Positions 13,239 to 26,050 of a stretch of 64,000 nucleotides of DNA are shown piece by piece. Source of the stretch: the human T2T-CHM13v2.0 reference genome, Homo sapiens. The stretch lies in NCBI RefSeq assembly GCF_009914755.1, contig NC_060934.1; one strand, given 5' to 3'. The first letter of the stretch is position 1. Each line of letters opens with the position of its first letter. Both the position numbers and the translations under genes were made by a program. The notes beneath the pieces are model-generated. The model had not been told where the DNA came from. It did not search any database and was given only the letters and a program-made list of their open reading frames with translations.

Positions 13239-14078
13239 CTTAGGAATGAAGAACAGAATTTCAAACACCGGCAATGAGGGCCCTGACTGTTCTCTGACTG
13301 CGAGGAGGGGTGGGCAAAGAGAAGGGAGGTGGGGGCTACGGCAGCCCAGCCCCAACAGACCAGAGGGCTCCACCACCTCCACCTCCCCTCAAGGAGTGGC
13401 CAGGGCCCAGCTGTGACCTCCTGGGAAGCTAACTTGCTTCCAAGGAGCTGGTGTGAGGGGTGAGCCTCTACAGGGCCCGTGGAGGAATGTCAGGGCCAGC
13501 ACTCAGCTCACTTATCAAGACACAAATATTTGCCAGATAGTGAGCCCTCATCTCCCACATGGCCGCAGGGAAGGCAAACAGTCCTTCCCTGGCCCTGAGC
13601 CACCTGGGGCTGCAGACCAGCACCTGCACGGGTGGGGACGGGAGGGCTGGCTCATCTGTCCTGGGAGCCAGCTCAAATTCTTTTGGGAAGGAAGCAAGAT
13701 ATAAATAAAAGATGTCCCAGTTTCTGAGCCTGTGACGGGCCTGAGTGGCCTGAGTCGGGTGTGGGGAGTGTGAGCACCTACTGGTGTGACAGCCAGAGCT
13801 GGGCACACCGGACCCACCCCTCCCAGGGACCAAGGCCGCAGACAGGTATGGCTCCAGACAGCAGGATTCCCCAGCCCTCCCCGACCTGAGCAGGATGCCC
13901 TGGCCCCTCCCCCACCCGAGCAGGATGCTCCAGGCCCCCACCACACCCCCAACACAGCAGGCCTCCACAGGATCCATGTGCCATGAAAATTCATGAAAAG
14001 TCAGAGTCTGTGTCCTGAGTCTACAGGCTGCCACCCAGCCAGCCCATCTCCCAGGAGCTATCCCCAGGAGCCACTGAC

Positions 14079-14211
14079 CTCCCCCTCGTCCTTGGTGAGC
14101 AGCTGGGCGCAGCTGAGGAAGTCCTCGTACCTGGCGAAGGGGACCACGGGCTCGGGGAGCTCCCGCAGGTACAGCTTCAGCAGGGAGGCCACCGTGTGCA
14201 CGTCTGTTGTG
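14079..14211 (-). CDS. ARHGAP22: ARHGAP22 exon 6 (133 nt): [44 protein letters not shown]
   Basis: Acceptor cccccacag|C, donor GAG|gtcagt; canonical RhoGAP motif [15 protein letters not shown]. Not in the ORF track; read by hand. Confidence 0.96.
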
Positions 14212-16956
14212 CTGTGGGGGGGAAGAGGACAGGTGTGTGAGGCCTGGGATGCCAGGGGACTTCAGGGGTGACTGGTACGCCCTGACGCCAAGGGGCAGCC
14301 TCTGGTCTCAGGTGCATTCTTGGGCGCACTGGGGGCTGCATCTGCGGCCAGCTGCCCTGGTCAAGGAAAGGCCAGTGCTGCTTCTGGGAGCAGTGGATAG
14401 AGCTGGGGCAGGGACGACTAAGTATCCATGGCCAGGAGCTCCAGCTCAGGGACCACCCATCATGCCTAGGCACCTGCTCAGAATCCCTGAGTCTCATGTC
14501 TGTGTCAGTCCGTCCAGAACCTGTCCTGCGTAGACTGCGTAGGACTCCAGGAACTGTGAAGCCACAGGGCCCTGCAGGGCACAGCTGCTCCACCCTAGCA
14601 GCTGCCCTGGGCCAGAGGAATCAAGTGTGATGCAGGTCAGGTTGCACAGGGGAGGGCCCTGGGACATGGGCCAGGGAGCCCCTTCCACAGGCCTGGTGGC
14701 CATCCCAAGGTCCCCTGCAAGACGATGTGGGAGCTGCCTGCTCTGCGGTAGGAACAGCTATCCTGCAGGCCCTCCATAGGTGCTGCCAACCCCCAGCCCG
14801 AGCTTGCCCTCTCCACTGCACTTGACTTTGGCTGGAGTGGGAGGAGCTGCATCAAAGGCGCCCACAATGCAGGGCTGCTGGCTCCTTGTTGGGGAGCAGG
14901 TATCCGGGGACCAACAGCAGGAGCAGGTCGGAGGTCAGGCCCTTTCCTCTCTTCCTGTCCACAGTGGTGACACCTAGGCTTCTAAGCTCATCACCCCCTC
15001 TCCAGTGCCCCAGGAGTCCACTCCAGGCCTCAGTCTCCCGCTCTGGCTCGGAGCTGCCAAGGCAGAAGTAGACCAGTTGTGGATGGTGGTGGCAATGGGC
15101 CTGGCATAGTCCTTCCCTGGGTCCTGTGTGGGGTCTGCAGTTCAGGTCCTAAACGAGAGCCTTGGCATCTCCTCCGAGCTTGCGTTCCAAGCCGTATATG
15201 GGCCCCAGGTTGTTCATCTGCTTGTCTAGAACCATGGACTTAAACCCTGGGCTGCATTTCCCTCAGGAAAGATGAGACGGGGCCAGGAGACTGTGGCTGT
15301 GCCATTATGCTATCACCTGATCCCGGATGAATCCCAGGCTAGGCTCACTGAGATAAATACCTTCTGGCCCTGACATTTGGGATTCTGGGGTTCCATGTAT
15401 CCATATGCACCCCAAATCCATATACCTGGGGCCCCTCCTTGCCTGAGGCTCAGTGACTCTTGGTCTGGCTGGATCCAGGCAGCCCCCATCCCACCCTCCT
15501 TCCATCTCCAGCCAGGCATGCTGCTATCACACCCTCCTCGGCCTTCTCCCGGGCCATGTTCCTGGCCAACTGCCCTGGGTACCCAGGCTTGAGCCCAGCG
15601 GCCCCTTCCCCACTGGGAGCCCGTGGCTTCAGTGGCAGCCTGAGTGGAGCGCAAGAGACTGGGGGAAGGGCAGGAGGCAGGGAAGTGTGGTTGGCAGCCA
15701 GCCCGTATGTCTTCCCCTTTTCTGCAGCTGGGGGGATGGGAGCATTTCTGCCCTGGGTGAGTGGACACAGAGCCACCCCTCCTCTGCAGACCTGCCCGGC
15801 TGCATCCCTGCCCCGCAGGGTCCTGCTGCTTGGCCCTGCCTGACCCCCTATCCGCTCAGTACCTGAGCTCTTACTTCCTTTCCTCGTCCCTCCCTCCCTC
15901 CCTCCCTCCTTCCCCACTGCAGTGCCTTTCCTCCAACAGCTGTCACCAGGCCTTTTCTTGAGACTTTTCCCTAAACTGCTGTCCCCTTCCCCCCTCCAAC
16001 AAGCACCCAAGGAGAACTCTGTACAGCCCGTGGTCCTGTGGGCGCCTCCCCAGCCTGTGGGCCTCCCAGCATGCGGCGACATTAGCGCAGGCGGAGGGTG
16101 GGGGCAGGGGTGGGGCAGAAAGGGCAGCAGCTGGTCAGGGGACGAGGTGCCTGCCCTGGGGACAAACCGGCCCTGGTGGTCAGTGCAGCCCGCAGCAAGG
16201 TGACCCTCCATCTGCAGGTTCCTCGTCACCTCTCTGTACCCAGGGAACCCCCCGCCCACGCCAACACCGGCATCTATGCAGAATACGCCATGCCTCCAGC
16301 CTGGTCCTGACTCGCCTCACTCCCCTAGAGTCCGTTTCTCATCACCCATCCCCACTTCCTCGACCTGCCCCCCAGCCGGGCCGCCTGCTTCACCCCACCT
16401 GGGTGTCCGCAGGGCTCCTCCCTGAGCAGCCCAGCCCTGCCATCTGCAGCACCCTGGGAGGTTCCCTACCACTAGGCCCGGGACTGGTGTCCCTGGTGTT
16501 TACTTGTTATCTGTCAAGACCCACCCCCCTTAGAATTTCTAATGCATGTGGGTGCCCCTCCACCCCTAGGCCTCCCAGTGCTCCCTCCCTCAAAGGATAG
16601 CAGCTGAGGGAGTAAGGAGAGCCTGGCGGCCAGGAGTCCATGCAGCCCTAGGCTCCGGCCCACAGGAGGCTGTCCTCAGAGCTCAGCAGCAGGGTGGCAA
16701 CCCGGGAGACCGACAGCCCAGTGCCCAGGGGACACTGTGCTGGGAAGGGGCAAGTATGGGACAGCTCCAGGCACTGAGGCTTCCAGGCCTGGTGAGGCTT
16801 TAGCAGAAGAGAAGCCCAGGACCTGGGGCTAAAGGGGACCTTCTTATAGAGATGAGCAGGAAAGTGAGGAGGGGGCTTCCTGCGGAAGGGGCCAGGACAG
16901 AAGCCAACACCCCAGCAGGCAGGCAGGCTATGGCCTTGGGGAGAGAGCTCCATCCC

Positions 16957-17088
16957 GGGACCCTCTGTTGGAAGTGGGTGAGGAGGGGACCCTCTGTTGG
17001 GGGTGGGTAGGGAGGGGGGACCTTCTGTTGGGGTTGGGTGGGAAGGGGGGCCTCCCTCAGGGGTGGGTGGGGAGGGCCCCTCTGTGGG
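16957..17088 (+). repeat. G-rich ~30-bp tandem repeat (~4 copies)
   Basis: gggaccctctgttgg(g/a)ggtgggtg..ggagg repeated. Confidence 0.8.
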
Positions 17089-18753
17089 TACAGCTGCAGA
17101 GCCAGAGGAGCTGCCATGGAAATGGCAGAAAGTGGGAAGGATGGCCTCAGATACCCCAGGAGGAGTTTCTAAAGGGAGAGGAAACCAAAGCCCAGGGCCA
17201 CCGTGGCAGTATGGGGGTCACTGCTGAGATGGGGGTGGAGGGACAAGGCCAACATGCCCACCATGGAGATGGCCCTCCTGACACAATTCCAGAAGCAGGG
17301 TAGAAGCAGCCAGAGAGGGAGAAGGCAGACAGGGGAGGGCCTCCAAGACATAGGGAAGGCTGCCCCAGGCTGCTGGGAGGCTGAGAGTCAGGTCTGCATG
17401 GAACCCACCCTAGGGTGCCCAGCTGCCTCTCAAGGGGGCTTCAGCAGGCAGGCCAGGTGGAGAAAGGAGGCTGAGCATGCCAGGAACCACACCTTGGGAG
17501 AGCAGGTGTGCCCAGGTGGAGACCCCCCCAGCAGGATGGGAGAAGCTTGGCAGTGTGGGTGAGGCGCGGACGGCCTGTGCCACTCCAGGGAGCCCCAGCA
17601 GAGTTTGAGTAGGGGCGTGGCAAGGTCTGATCTGTGTCTGCAGAAGCCCCTCAGGTAGCATCAGGCACTAGGGCAGAGCATCTGATCCTGGGGAGCTTCC
17701 AAAAGTCTCGGCTCCCAGGCCTTACCCAGGTGACATTATTTGAAGCAATCTGCAACCCTAACGCTGAGACACAGGATGGAAGAGGCCTGGCTGGCTGAGG
17801 TTCAGAATGGACGACAAGCTCACTGAGCGTCAACACTGGGATGGAGCTTCACAAAGCTCCAGAGGAAGGGTCCCCCGTACCTCCCTGGGTGGAGCACTGC
17901 TAGGGAACAGTGGTCAGTCCTGGACTCCACATCTAAGGAGAGGAGCTGACACCCTCCCCTGGCTGCAGTGACGGGCCTGGGAAAGAGCTGAGGGGCTGAG
18001 TGTTCTGCCCCCAGAGGAGAAGCCCTGGGAGGCCAGGGCTGCCTGCAGGTCCTGGTGGGCCCATCCTGGGGCAGATCCAAGAAGACAGGGCATAAGCCCC
18101 ATGGAGGGTAGTTTTTCTTGATGTAGAGAGAACTCTATGAAAAAACTGCCCCATAATGGGTGGGGGCACTGTCAGGGGAAACAGAATCCCCAAACGGCCC
18201 TAGGCTGGGGGTATAGTTGGCTCCACCCAGGGGCATCCAGGGCCTGGGTAAGCCCCCATGATGGGACATGGCCCCAGCCCCAGAGCAGATGGAGGAGACT
18301 CGCTCTCCTGTCCCCAGAACCCAAAAGGAGGGGAGCCGAGCTGCTGTGCCATCTTGCCATTGATAGAGCCTGGGGGTAGGTCACCGAAGGAAGCACGGCC
18401 AAGAGACAGACCCCGCAGAAGGCCTGGGGTCCCGGATGCAGCTGCGCCTGGTCTGTCCTCACATGGGAGCCAGCAGAGGTCCTTTTCTTCCTGCCTGGGT
18501 CAGGTTTATTAGCATGTGCAGGGGAGGCAGGCTGTGTGGATGTGAGCTGGCCTCGTGCATGGCAGGCATCCATCCTGAGAGGGGACCCCGGGCTGGCGGA
18601 GTGAGGGTGTGCCCTACACTCTGCCCACTAGGAGGGCTGGCCCACCATCCTGTCGCTAGCCCACCCCTGCCCACTGGAGCTGGTGTCCTGGGCAGGAGCC
18701 CCTGCAGGAGGAATGGACAAATGGCTCCACCTTACCCCCAATCACAAGCTCAC

Positions 18754-18961
18754 CTGTCAAACAGTGGCTTCTCCCCACAGTCGAAGGAATCCTGCAGGTC
18801 CCTCACCAGGTTGGCCTGGCCCGGCATGCGGAACAGCCCCTCCTCAGTGAGCCCGCGCTCCCGGATGAAGTCCACACACTGCTCCACCAGCAGGGGCGCC
18901 AGGCGGGGGCCATACTTCCGCTCGTGGTGGACTGTTTCCTCTAGGCGCTGCCCAAAGATCC
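18754..18961 (-). CDS. ARHGAP22: ARHGAP22 exon 5 (208 nt): RhoGAP N-terminus with arginine finger (EGLFRMPG)
   Basis: Acceptor ctgtgctcag|GGATCTTT, donor GACAG|gtgagc; translates [68 protein letters not shown]. Confidence 0.97.
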
Positions 18962-19309
18962 CTGAGCACAGAGAGGAGCTAGTCACACCCTCCACCACCC
19001 AGCTCAGTGTTGGGTGCTCAGGACAATGGAGGGCAGGCGCACTGTTAGGGCTAAAGGTGGCTCCTCCTCAGGAAGCAAATTACACACTGGGAGGATGCAT
19101 ACCAGAAGGCTGTGCCCTGGCCGCCCGGACACATGCTGGGAGGATGCACACCAGGAGGCTGGGCCCTGGGCTGCCTGTGGACAGACAGCAGGAGGGAGCA
19201 GTGAGGTGGTGGTGTGACCTGGCCATGGAGCTTGCCCAAGCCAGGAGCAAATGGCCCTTGGGAGCGTGCATTATGCCTGTCATTGATTGGTTTTGCAGTC
19301 ATTCCAAAT

Positions 19310-20540
19310 GAGAAGCCATCCAGTGCCCATCAACAGCAGATCTCCTGTGTTCTATTCTTACCATGGAACACAGTGCAGCAATGAGAATAAATGAGGCACA
19401 GCTCACTGGACAAGACAGATGACATAGTAATGTGAAAACCATAGTCGTGACTCAGCATCAATCATTATTAGGAAAATGCAAATCCAAACCACTATCTGAT
19501 ACCACCTCACACCCACTAGGATGGCTACTATCAAAAGATCAGATAGTAACAAGTGTTGGCAAGGATGTGGAGAAACTGGAACCCTTCCTTGTGCACTGCT
19601 GGCAGGATGATAAGATGGTGTAGTTGCTGTGGAAAACAGTATGGCAGTTCCTCAAAAAATTAAAACCAGAATTACCAATAATCCCTCCCCTGGGTATATA
19701 CCTAAAAGAATTAAAAGCAAGGTCTCAAAGAGATACTTGCACACCCATGTTCACAGCAGCATTATTCACAGTAGCTGAAATGCGGAAGCAAGCCATGTGT
19801 CCATCAATGAATGAATAGAGAACCAAGACGTGGTATTTGCATACAGTAGAACTTGATTCAGCCTTAAGCCTGAATTCCCTTAAAAAGGAGGGAAATTCAG
19901 ACAAGTGATACAATATGGGTGAACCTGAGAACATTATGTGAAGTAAATCATTCACAAAAGGACAAATACTGTGTTATTCCCCTTATATGAAGAACCTGGA
20001 GTATTCAAATTCACAGACAGAAAGTAGAATGGTGGCTGCAAGGAGCTGGGGACAGGGGAGATGGCAAGTTAGAATTGAATGGGCACAGGGTCTCAGCTTT
20101 GCAAGATGGAAAGTGTTCTGGAGATGGATAGTGCTGATGGTTGCACGATAATTGAAATGAATGTAATGCTGCTGAACTGTGTGCTTTAAAAATGAAGACA
20201 GGAAATTTTATGCTAAGTGTATTTTATGAAATGTTTTAAAAATTAGAAGACAAAAAAAATCATCAGAAACAAAAGAAGCCAAACCCCAGAGTGCACACTG
20301 CATGACTCCATGTATGTAAAGTTAAAAACAGGTCAAACGCATCTGTGCTGTTAGGCCGGGACATGGTTCCCTTGGTGGGTCAGTGACTGGAAGGGGCTCA
20401 AAGGCTTCTGGGGTCCTGGTAACACTGTGTCTCTCCCCCAGCACTGCTTACCCAGTTATGTTCCTCTTGAGAAAATTCACTGAACTGTACACTTATGACT
20501 TGTATGCTTTTCTGCATGTTACTCTTAAATAACATTAGCA
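19310..20540 (+). mobile_element. L1 3'-end fragments (L1MB-like plus older L1ME-like piece)
   Basis: ORF2 C-terminal remnants ([23 protein letters not shown]) and L1 3'UTR motifs. Confidence 0.85.
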
Positions 20541-21184
20541 AAAAGAAAGAAAAGAAATCAGAGAGAGAATGATCTAAAACAATACATGACAAGACACCAA
20601 ATGAGGAATAGAGGGAGAGAGGAAGGAGGCAGAGGAACTTCTGAGAAAATCTATGAAAACTAAATATATCACTAGGCTAAGAGGTTCCTGGCAGCCCAGG
20701 CAAAGAAGGGAAGGAGTTGAGATCCATAAAGCTGTCTACACCACGGCACAGTAACTGGAGAAACAGACTTGTGCCAGCCCCTAAGCTCTACAAGGTGCGT
20801 GCCTGACTCTTTGGAGTGTCTGACATTATTCACACCCACTGTGCAGAGACCTTCCCTGCAGGGTGGCTTGTGGGGTGTTCCAGGGGCAAGATGCCAAAGC
20901 TCCATGTCCAGGCTTGGGACTTCTCAGAGACCTGGGCACTGAGCCAGCTAAAAGTGGGGCTCCATTTGTCTTACTTAGCTTCCCACCCAGGGGCTATTTT
21001 GGAATAAGATACATCGGTCCCTGATACAGTGCCTGGCACAGAGCAGAACACAGTAAATGCTCCTCCTCACCCTGCTTGACCCAAAAACAAAGTGTATAAA
21101 ACCTGAAAGGTGAAGACTCTTCCTTTGAGAACACATGCCCGCGTGGGCTACACCTGCTGGATACCAGCAATGCTTTAGGGAGAA

Positions 21185-21312
21185 GTGTGTACGCACATGT
21201 GTGCATGTAGTGTGGGCTTGTGTGTGCATGTGTGTGCACATGTGCTGGATGTGCGCTTATAAACGTATGTGCATATGTGTGCTTGTGGGCTTGTGTGTGC
21301 ATGGGTATGCAC
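21185..21312. repeat. Imperfect (TG)n/(TGCA) simple repeat
   Basis: gtgtgtacgcacatgtgtgcatgtagtgtggg... Confidence 0.75.
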
Positions 21313-24300
21313 ACTTCGGGGTGGGGGGGGGGCACCTGAGTGTGAGGAGAGTGCCGAAGTAGCTACACACGGTGTTGTGGTGCCAGGTGCTGTTCTGAGC
21401 ATTTTACACTCATCAGCACATTTAATCCTACCCATCTGATAACTTAGGGACTGTCACTATCACTGTAACCATCAACATCATTATCTTGACTTTTGCCTGT
21501 TCAGTTTGTAGGATGTTTGAACGGAGAGGCATGGGGGCTTAAGAATGTGCCCAAGTTCACTCAGCATGCATGACAGGGACAACGGTCCAACCCAGGCAGT
21601 CTGGCTCCAGGTATAGGGAATGTACTCAGCCACATGGCTGCTTGGCACCCATGTTGGTGTGGAGATACCTATGTGAGGCATCCCCCAATCCAGCACCAGC
21701 AGTTCCTGAAAACATGGGTCATGTGAACAGACAACAGGCAGAGGTTGCAATACTAACACGAAGGGAAAGCTGCTCCCACCTGGGACCTGGTGGGCAAGAC
21801 CAGGCGCCCCTGCCCAGAAATGGGACCCAAGGGGCCATTCATCAGCCTTGAGCACAGGAGGTGATCCTGCTGCAAGCTTGGCCTGCTAGCTGCCAGGGAC
21901 AGCTGTGAGAAACCAGTCCGAGGAGGCTCCAGGGCCCACCACTGACAGCGTCCTGGCCTTTCCACCATCCCAAGAGTGGCCTGGGCTGGTCCAGTGACAC
22001 TGAGCCCCTGCTGTCTCTCACCTCAGTCAGAGCTCAACATCTGATGCCTAACAGTGGGCCACACAGGTCCACAGATGTGCCTGTTTAGCTCACATGATGT
22101 TTGAAACATTTTTAAATTAGTTATTTATAATCAAGAGATTTCATATACAAATCTGGATTCCCAGCTTCTCTTAAAAAATCCAGACGTGGTGACACCAGGC
22201 CTGAGTTCCAAAAAAAGCAACAATTGCAGAGCTCAGTAGCATCTGTGCCCTTTTGATAGGACTCACACTTGCTACTTCTCCGCAGTCTCCACCATCCCCT
22301 CTCACTTCCAACCTGGCCCATGCTCCTCTCATGTGGTCTTGACAGGTATTCGTTCACCTCTTCTGCTTTGACCTCTGGGGCACAGACTTCCCCCAAGGAC
22401 ACTGGGGCCAGGATAAGTAGGAAAAGTAGCAATGGGAAGCTACACCTCTCAGGACCAGAGGCCTCTGCTAGGACCTCAAATGAGCAGGCAGAGGGCATCC
22501 AGGAGGAAGTGCCCATGGGCAGAGGGTCCCATGAGGGGAGGGGCTGACCTGGCAGTGCCCCTGGTGCCTGCCGCCTGCCTCCTGCCTCCCTCCCCTTTCC
22601 TCCAGCTCTGCCCACTGCTTGAGTGGCATGAATCCGTCTGCCTTCATGGGCCTGTGAGTGGGTAGGGCCTTCTCCCTGGGTAGCGCTTTCCTCTTCGGTC
22701 TGGGCAAATTTCCCACTAGCCCTTGGAAGAAAGCTCAGAAGTCCCTGCTACGTGAGCTGCCCCAGATCCTCCCTTCAGCTTTCCCTCCCCTCTGTCACAG
22801 CCCTGCCTGCCACTACTCCAGACAGTGTGAGGACACTCCCCTCTGCTGGGTTGCTGAACTGCCCAGAGCCACATGCTGGGCTTGCAGCAGAGGCCAAGGA
22901 GAGCCAGTGAAGGAGGGGACCGAGCTCTCCAGGGCCGCCACCCATCTCAACTCACAGCGTTCAGCCCCACCCTCAGCTCACAGCTGACTGAAGGCCACAG
23001 TCAAGGAAGAGATACATGGGGAAAAAATTCCAAAATTCTCTCTGGAAGCCCATGGAGCATGGGTAATTCCACCCAGCCATCTCTTGGCTCCAGCCCGGCC
23101 TGCTGTCCCATCTCCTACCCCCAAAACTCCTGCTGTCTGTCTGTCCATCCACCTTTCCATAACCCCTATACTTTGTGCCTGGCCCCACTCTAGGAATTAG
23201 AGAGCTGCCCTGAAGGCTGTAAACATATAAATCTCCCTGGGGCCTCCCCTGCTCCCTGTTCCCCCACACACATCGTCCTCAGGATAAAGCCCAAACTTGG
23301 CAAGCAGGCAAGGCCCTGCCCTACTCCCTCCACCAGACCCTAGGGGTGCAGAGCCTGGGCCAGCCCACCATTTGTACAGTGCCTGCACATCCAAGCAGCT
23401 CCCAGCCCCAGCACAACCACTACCCTTCTGCTCCCCCATGGCGCCTTCCTGAACACTTTCCCAAAACAGGGATGGAAGAGCCAGGAAAGGGACATCCACA
23501 GGGTCCTGGGCACTTCTAGAGAGAACAGGTTCAGGGAGGAGGTGATGCTGAAGCCAACGTCTAAAGATGAGCAGGAAGAAGCCAGGTAGGCGGGTGGGGG
23601 TGCAGGGCACATGATGGAGGAGCATGGGCGTCAGAGGGCAGGGGTGAAGGAGCATGGTTGGCAGCACCCTGCCCTGGCATGGTGGGGCTGAGGTGGGGAC
23701 ACGGGAAAGTAGGCGATGTTCAAGGCCAAAGGTCACAGAGACAAAGATTCTGGGTCTGCACCAGCACTGGTCTGGTGGACGTCCTGGCTAACCCACTGAG
23801 GAGAGGAGCTGCCTCCCTTTCCTGGGGCTCAGTCTCTCCATCTATGAAATCTATAAAATGGGAGGATCACACCTGTCTTTAGGGGGTGCTATGAGGGCGA
23901 GACTTCCCTGAGGCCCAGCCCCCAGGTACCACCAGGCTGCAGACTGGCCCCACATTCCCAGCTGGCCACTGGAACCCTTGGAGGGGAGCTGCCAGGAGCT
24001 GTGAGGTCTCATTCCAGCTTAGCCTCCCAAGAGGCTTCCTTCCCCGCGGCCCTCCTGTGGGAGGCACCCTGTGCTGGGGCTTCTGGGCCCGGCCTCCCTT
24101 ATTAGGGGCCCCACCAATCCCTCCCCTCATCAGGGTCTCTCAGGAGCCTGGCAGGGCCTGCCCCCGCCTGGCTGAACTCCCTCAGCTCTCCTGGCACCCT
24201 CGGAGGGGAGCCTTGCCAAAAACTAGTTCCAGTAGGTTTGTCAGCTCCCTGGAAACCCAGCCATCGTGTGGGTTCCTCGAGGTCCCAGCCCATGCTCTTT

Positions 24301-25269
24301 ACAGAGCACTGGCTCTGCCACCGCAGGGGAAACTGGCAGAGGCTGCCTCTCCTCTTGATGAACTTGCTGCCAGGCCTCCCCCGCCAGCGTTCCCCTGGCA
24401 AAGCCGTCCCTCACTCCCCTCCCCGGGAATCCCACACCGGAGAGGAAGCCCAGGCAGAGCAGTCCGCTGGCTCCAATCCGCGTCCTCTATGACCCTGGGC
24501 ACTGTCCTAAGCCTCTCTGAGCTGGGCTTGGCCACCTTCCGGGGTGTGAGCGTCCACGGGAGATCGACCACACCAGGCACCCAGGAGCAAGTGCTTTGAA
24601 ATGCGGCTTTCTCCGGACCTTGCAGGGTCAATTCCTGGACAGGTTCTGCCTGCCCCTGAGTCCCACCCCGAAGGCCGCATCAGGGAAGGGAGACCTGGGA
24701 TTCCCTCTTGGAGCTGATCCCGGAGCAGAGTGCAGCTGCGCAGCAGGTCTGCTTCAGTCATATGCCTGCTTTTCACTCTTACAGGAGCGGGCAATGACAT
24801 AGTCTGGGAAGAGGCACAATGAGGAAAGTAATTCTAAAATTCTCTCTAGAGACTCCCAAACTTTGGGTAATTGGGTAATTCCACAGTTTCCCTCTTGGCT
24901 CCAGGCCTTTCTGCTCTCGGGTCCCCTGTACCCCAAAACTCACCATCTTCCATGCAACCACCCCACCCTTTGTCCGTCAGTGCAGGGACTCACTGGCCGG
25001 CCAACTCTGTCACTTCCAGGCTCTGCGCTAAGTATTAGGGAGCTTCAGAATTGCCCCCAGGGCTGTAAGCGGTAAGATCCACCAGCCAGCCGGCACAGCT
25101 GAAAACTCTCCTGCTCCCCACCCGTCCAGGCCTGGAGGAGCACAGTAGAGGCTAAGCTCACCTGGAAGGGTCCTGCCCTGGGCAGTCCACCCCAGGGCAG
25201 AAGTGATTCCCTCCTCCTGGGGCCGCCGGTCCCACACCCCTTCCTGTGGCCCAGGTAGGCTTGGGGTCA

Positions 25270-26050
25270 GAGCCCGAGGCTCGGATCCCGCTGTGTCCCC
25301 TCCGTAGTTCGGGGTGGGGAGGGATCCTTTGCAAGTCCCTGCGCCCCCCCCCAGACTCTAAGTCCTCGTCTCTACATGCGGGACGCCCACAGCCAGCAGG
25401 AGATTGAAGGACGCCTCCGGTCCCTGTTTCTTCCCTCGGACACGCACGACCCTCGCCCCCTGGGAACCGTCCCGCAGCACCAGATCCGCGGTGACACCCA
25501 AACTCCCCCAGGCTCCCCGCCGACCCCCGCGAGACGCATGCGCGGCGCTCTCGCCCGCTGCGCCGGTCCCAGCTTCGAGCGCCTCTCTGGCCCGGAGACG
25601 CAGCTTCTCTGGCGGGCCCGGGGGCGCCCGCACCCCGTCCCGCCCCTACCTGGGGCGGCGGGCGCGCAGCAGGCGGGCAGGCGGCAGGGCGGCCGCGGGC
25701 AGGCGCTGCACCCGGAGTAGGCCCGCGCGGCCGGCATCAGGCCCATGGCGCGCCTAGTCGCGGCGGCGCGGCGGCGGCTGGAATGCCCGGCACGCGCGCA
25801 GGTAGCGTCTTGCCCGCCGCCCGCCCGCCCCGGCCAGCGCCGCCCCAGGCCCGGACCCTGAGGCGAGGGAAGGCCCAGGATCTGTGAGTTGCCTGGGATG
25901 CCACGCCCGAAGTCGGCCCCCGTGGGGGATCTCCGGTGTCAAACTTCACACCCTTTCCCCTAATGCCCCACGTTCCCGGGCACCGCAGGAATCCCTTCCC
26001 TCTTTGCCCAGGACCTGCTTTGGAGCGCCCGCTTAACCCTTCGCCTGGGA
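25270..26050. promoter_or_regulatory. Intronic CpG island / putative internal promoter
   Basis: Very GC-rich with dense CpG, tandem GC boxes (ccgcccgcccgccc ~25817-25830), NRF1-like ACGCATGCGC at 25534-25543, short CGG runs; not a repeat. Confidence 0.85.
25650..25746 (-). CDS. ARHGAP22: Candidate alternative first coding exon MGLMPAARAYSGCSACPRPPCRLPACCAPAAP(G), splicing to exon 5
   Basis: Inside the CpG island; Kozak cgcgccATGG; 97 nt = phase 1, matching exon 5; donor CAG|gtaggg; no upstream ATG for ~440 nt. No transcript evidence available to me. Confidence 0.55.

Noticed and set aside
15450-16259. 269-aa minus-strand intronic ORF
   Set aside because: Low-complexity G/R-rich translation, no convincing splice context; expected by chance at this GC content.
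18731-18753. Strong gtaag donor 18 nt downstream of exon 5
   Set aside because: Its use would include an immediate in-frame TGA; at most an NMD by-product, with no supporting evidence.
18436-19311. 291-aa plus-strand ORF
   Set aside because: Antisense shadow of exon 5 plus GC-rich intron; no protein features.
22261-22322. Possible small phase-1 exon MGQVGSERGWWRLRRSSK with gtgagt donor
   Set aside because: Weak exonic donor context, no promoter signature, adjacent to a DNA-transposon remnant.
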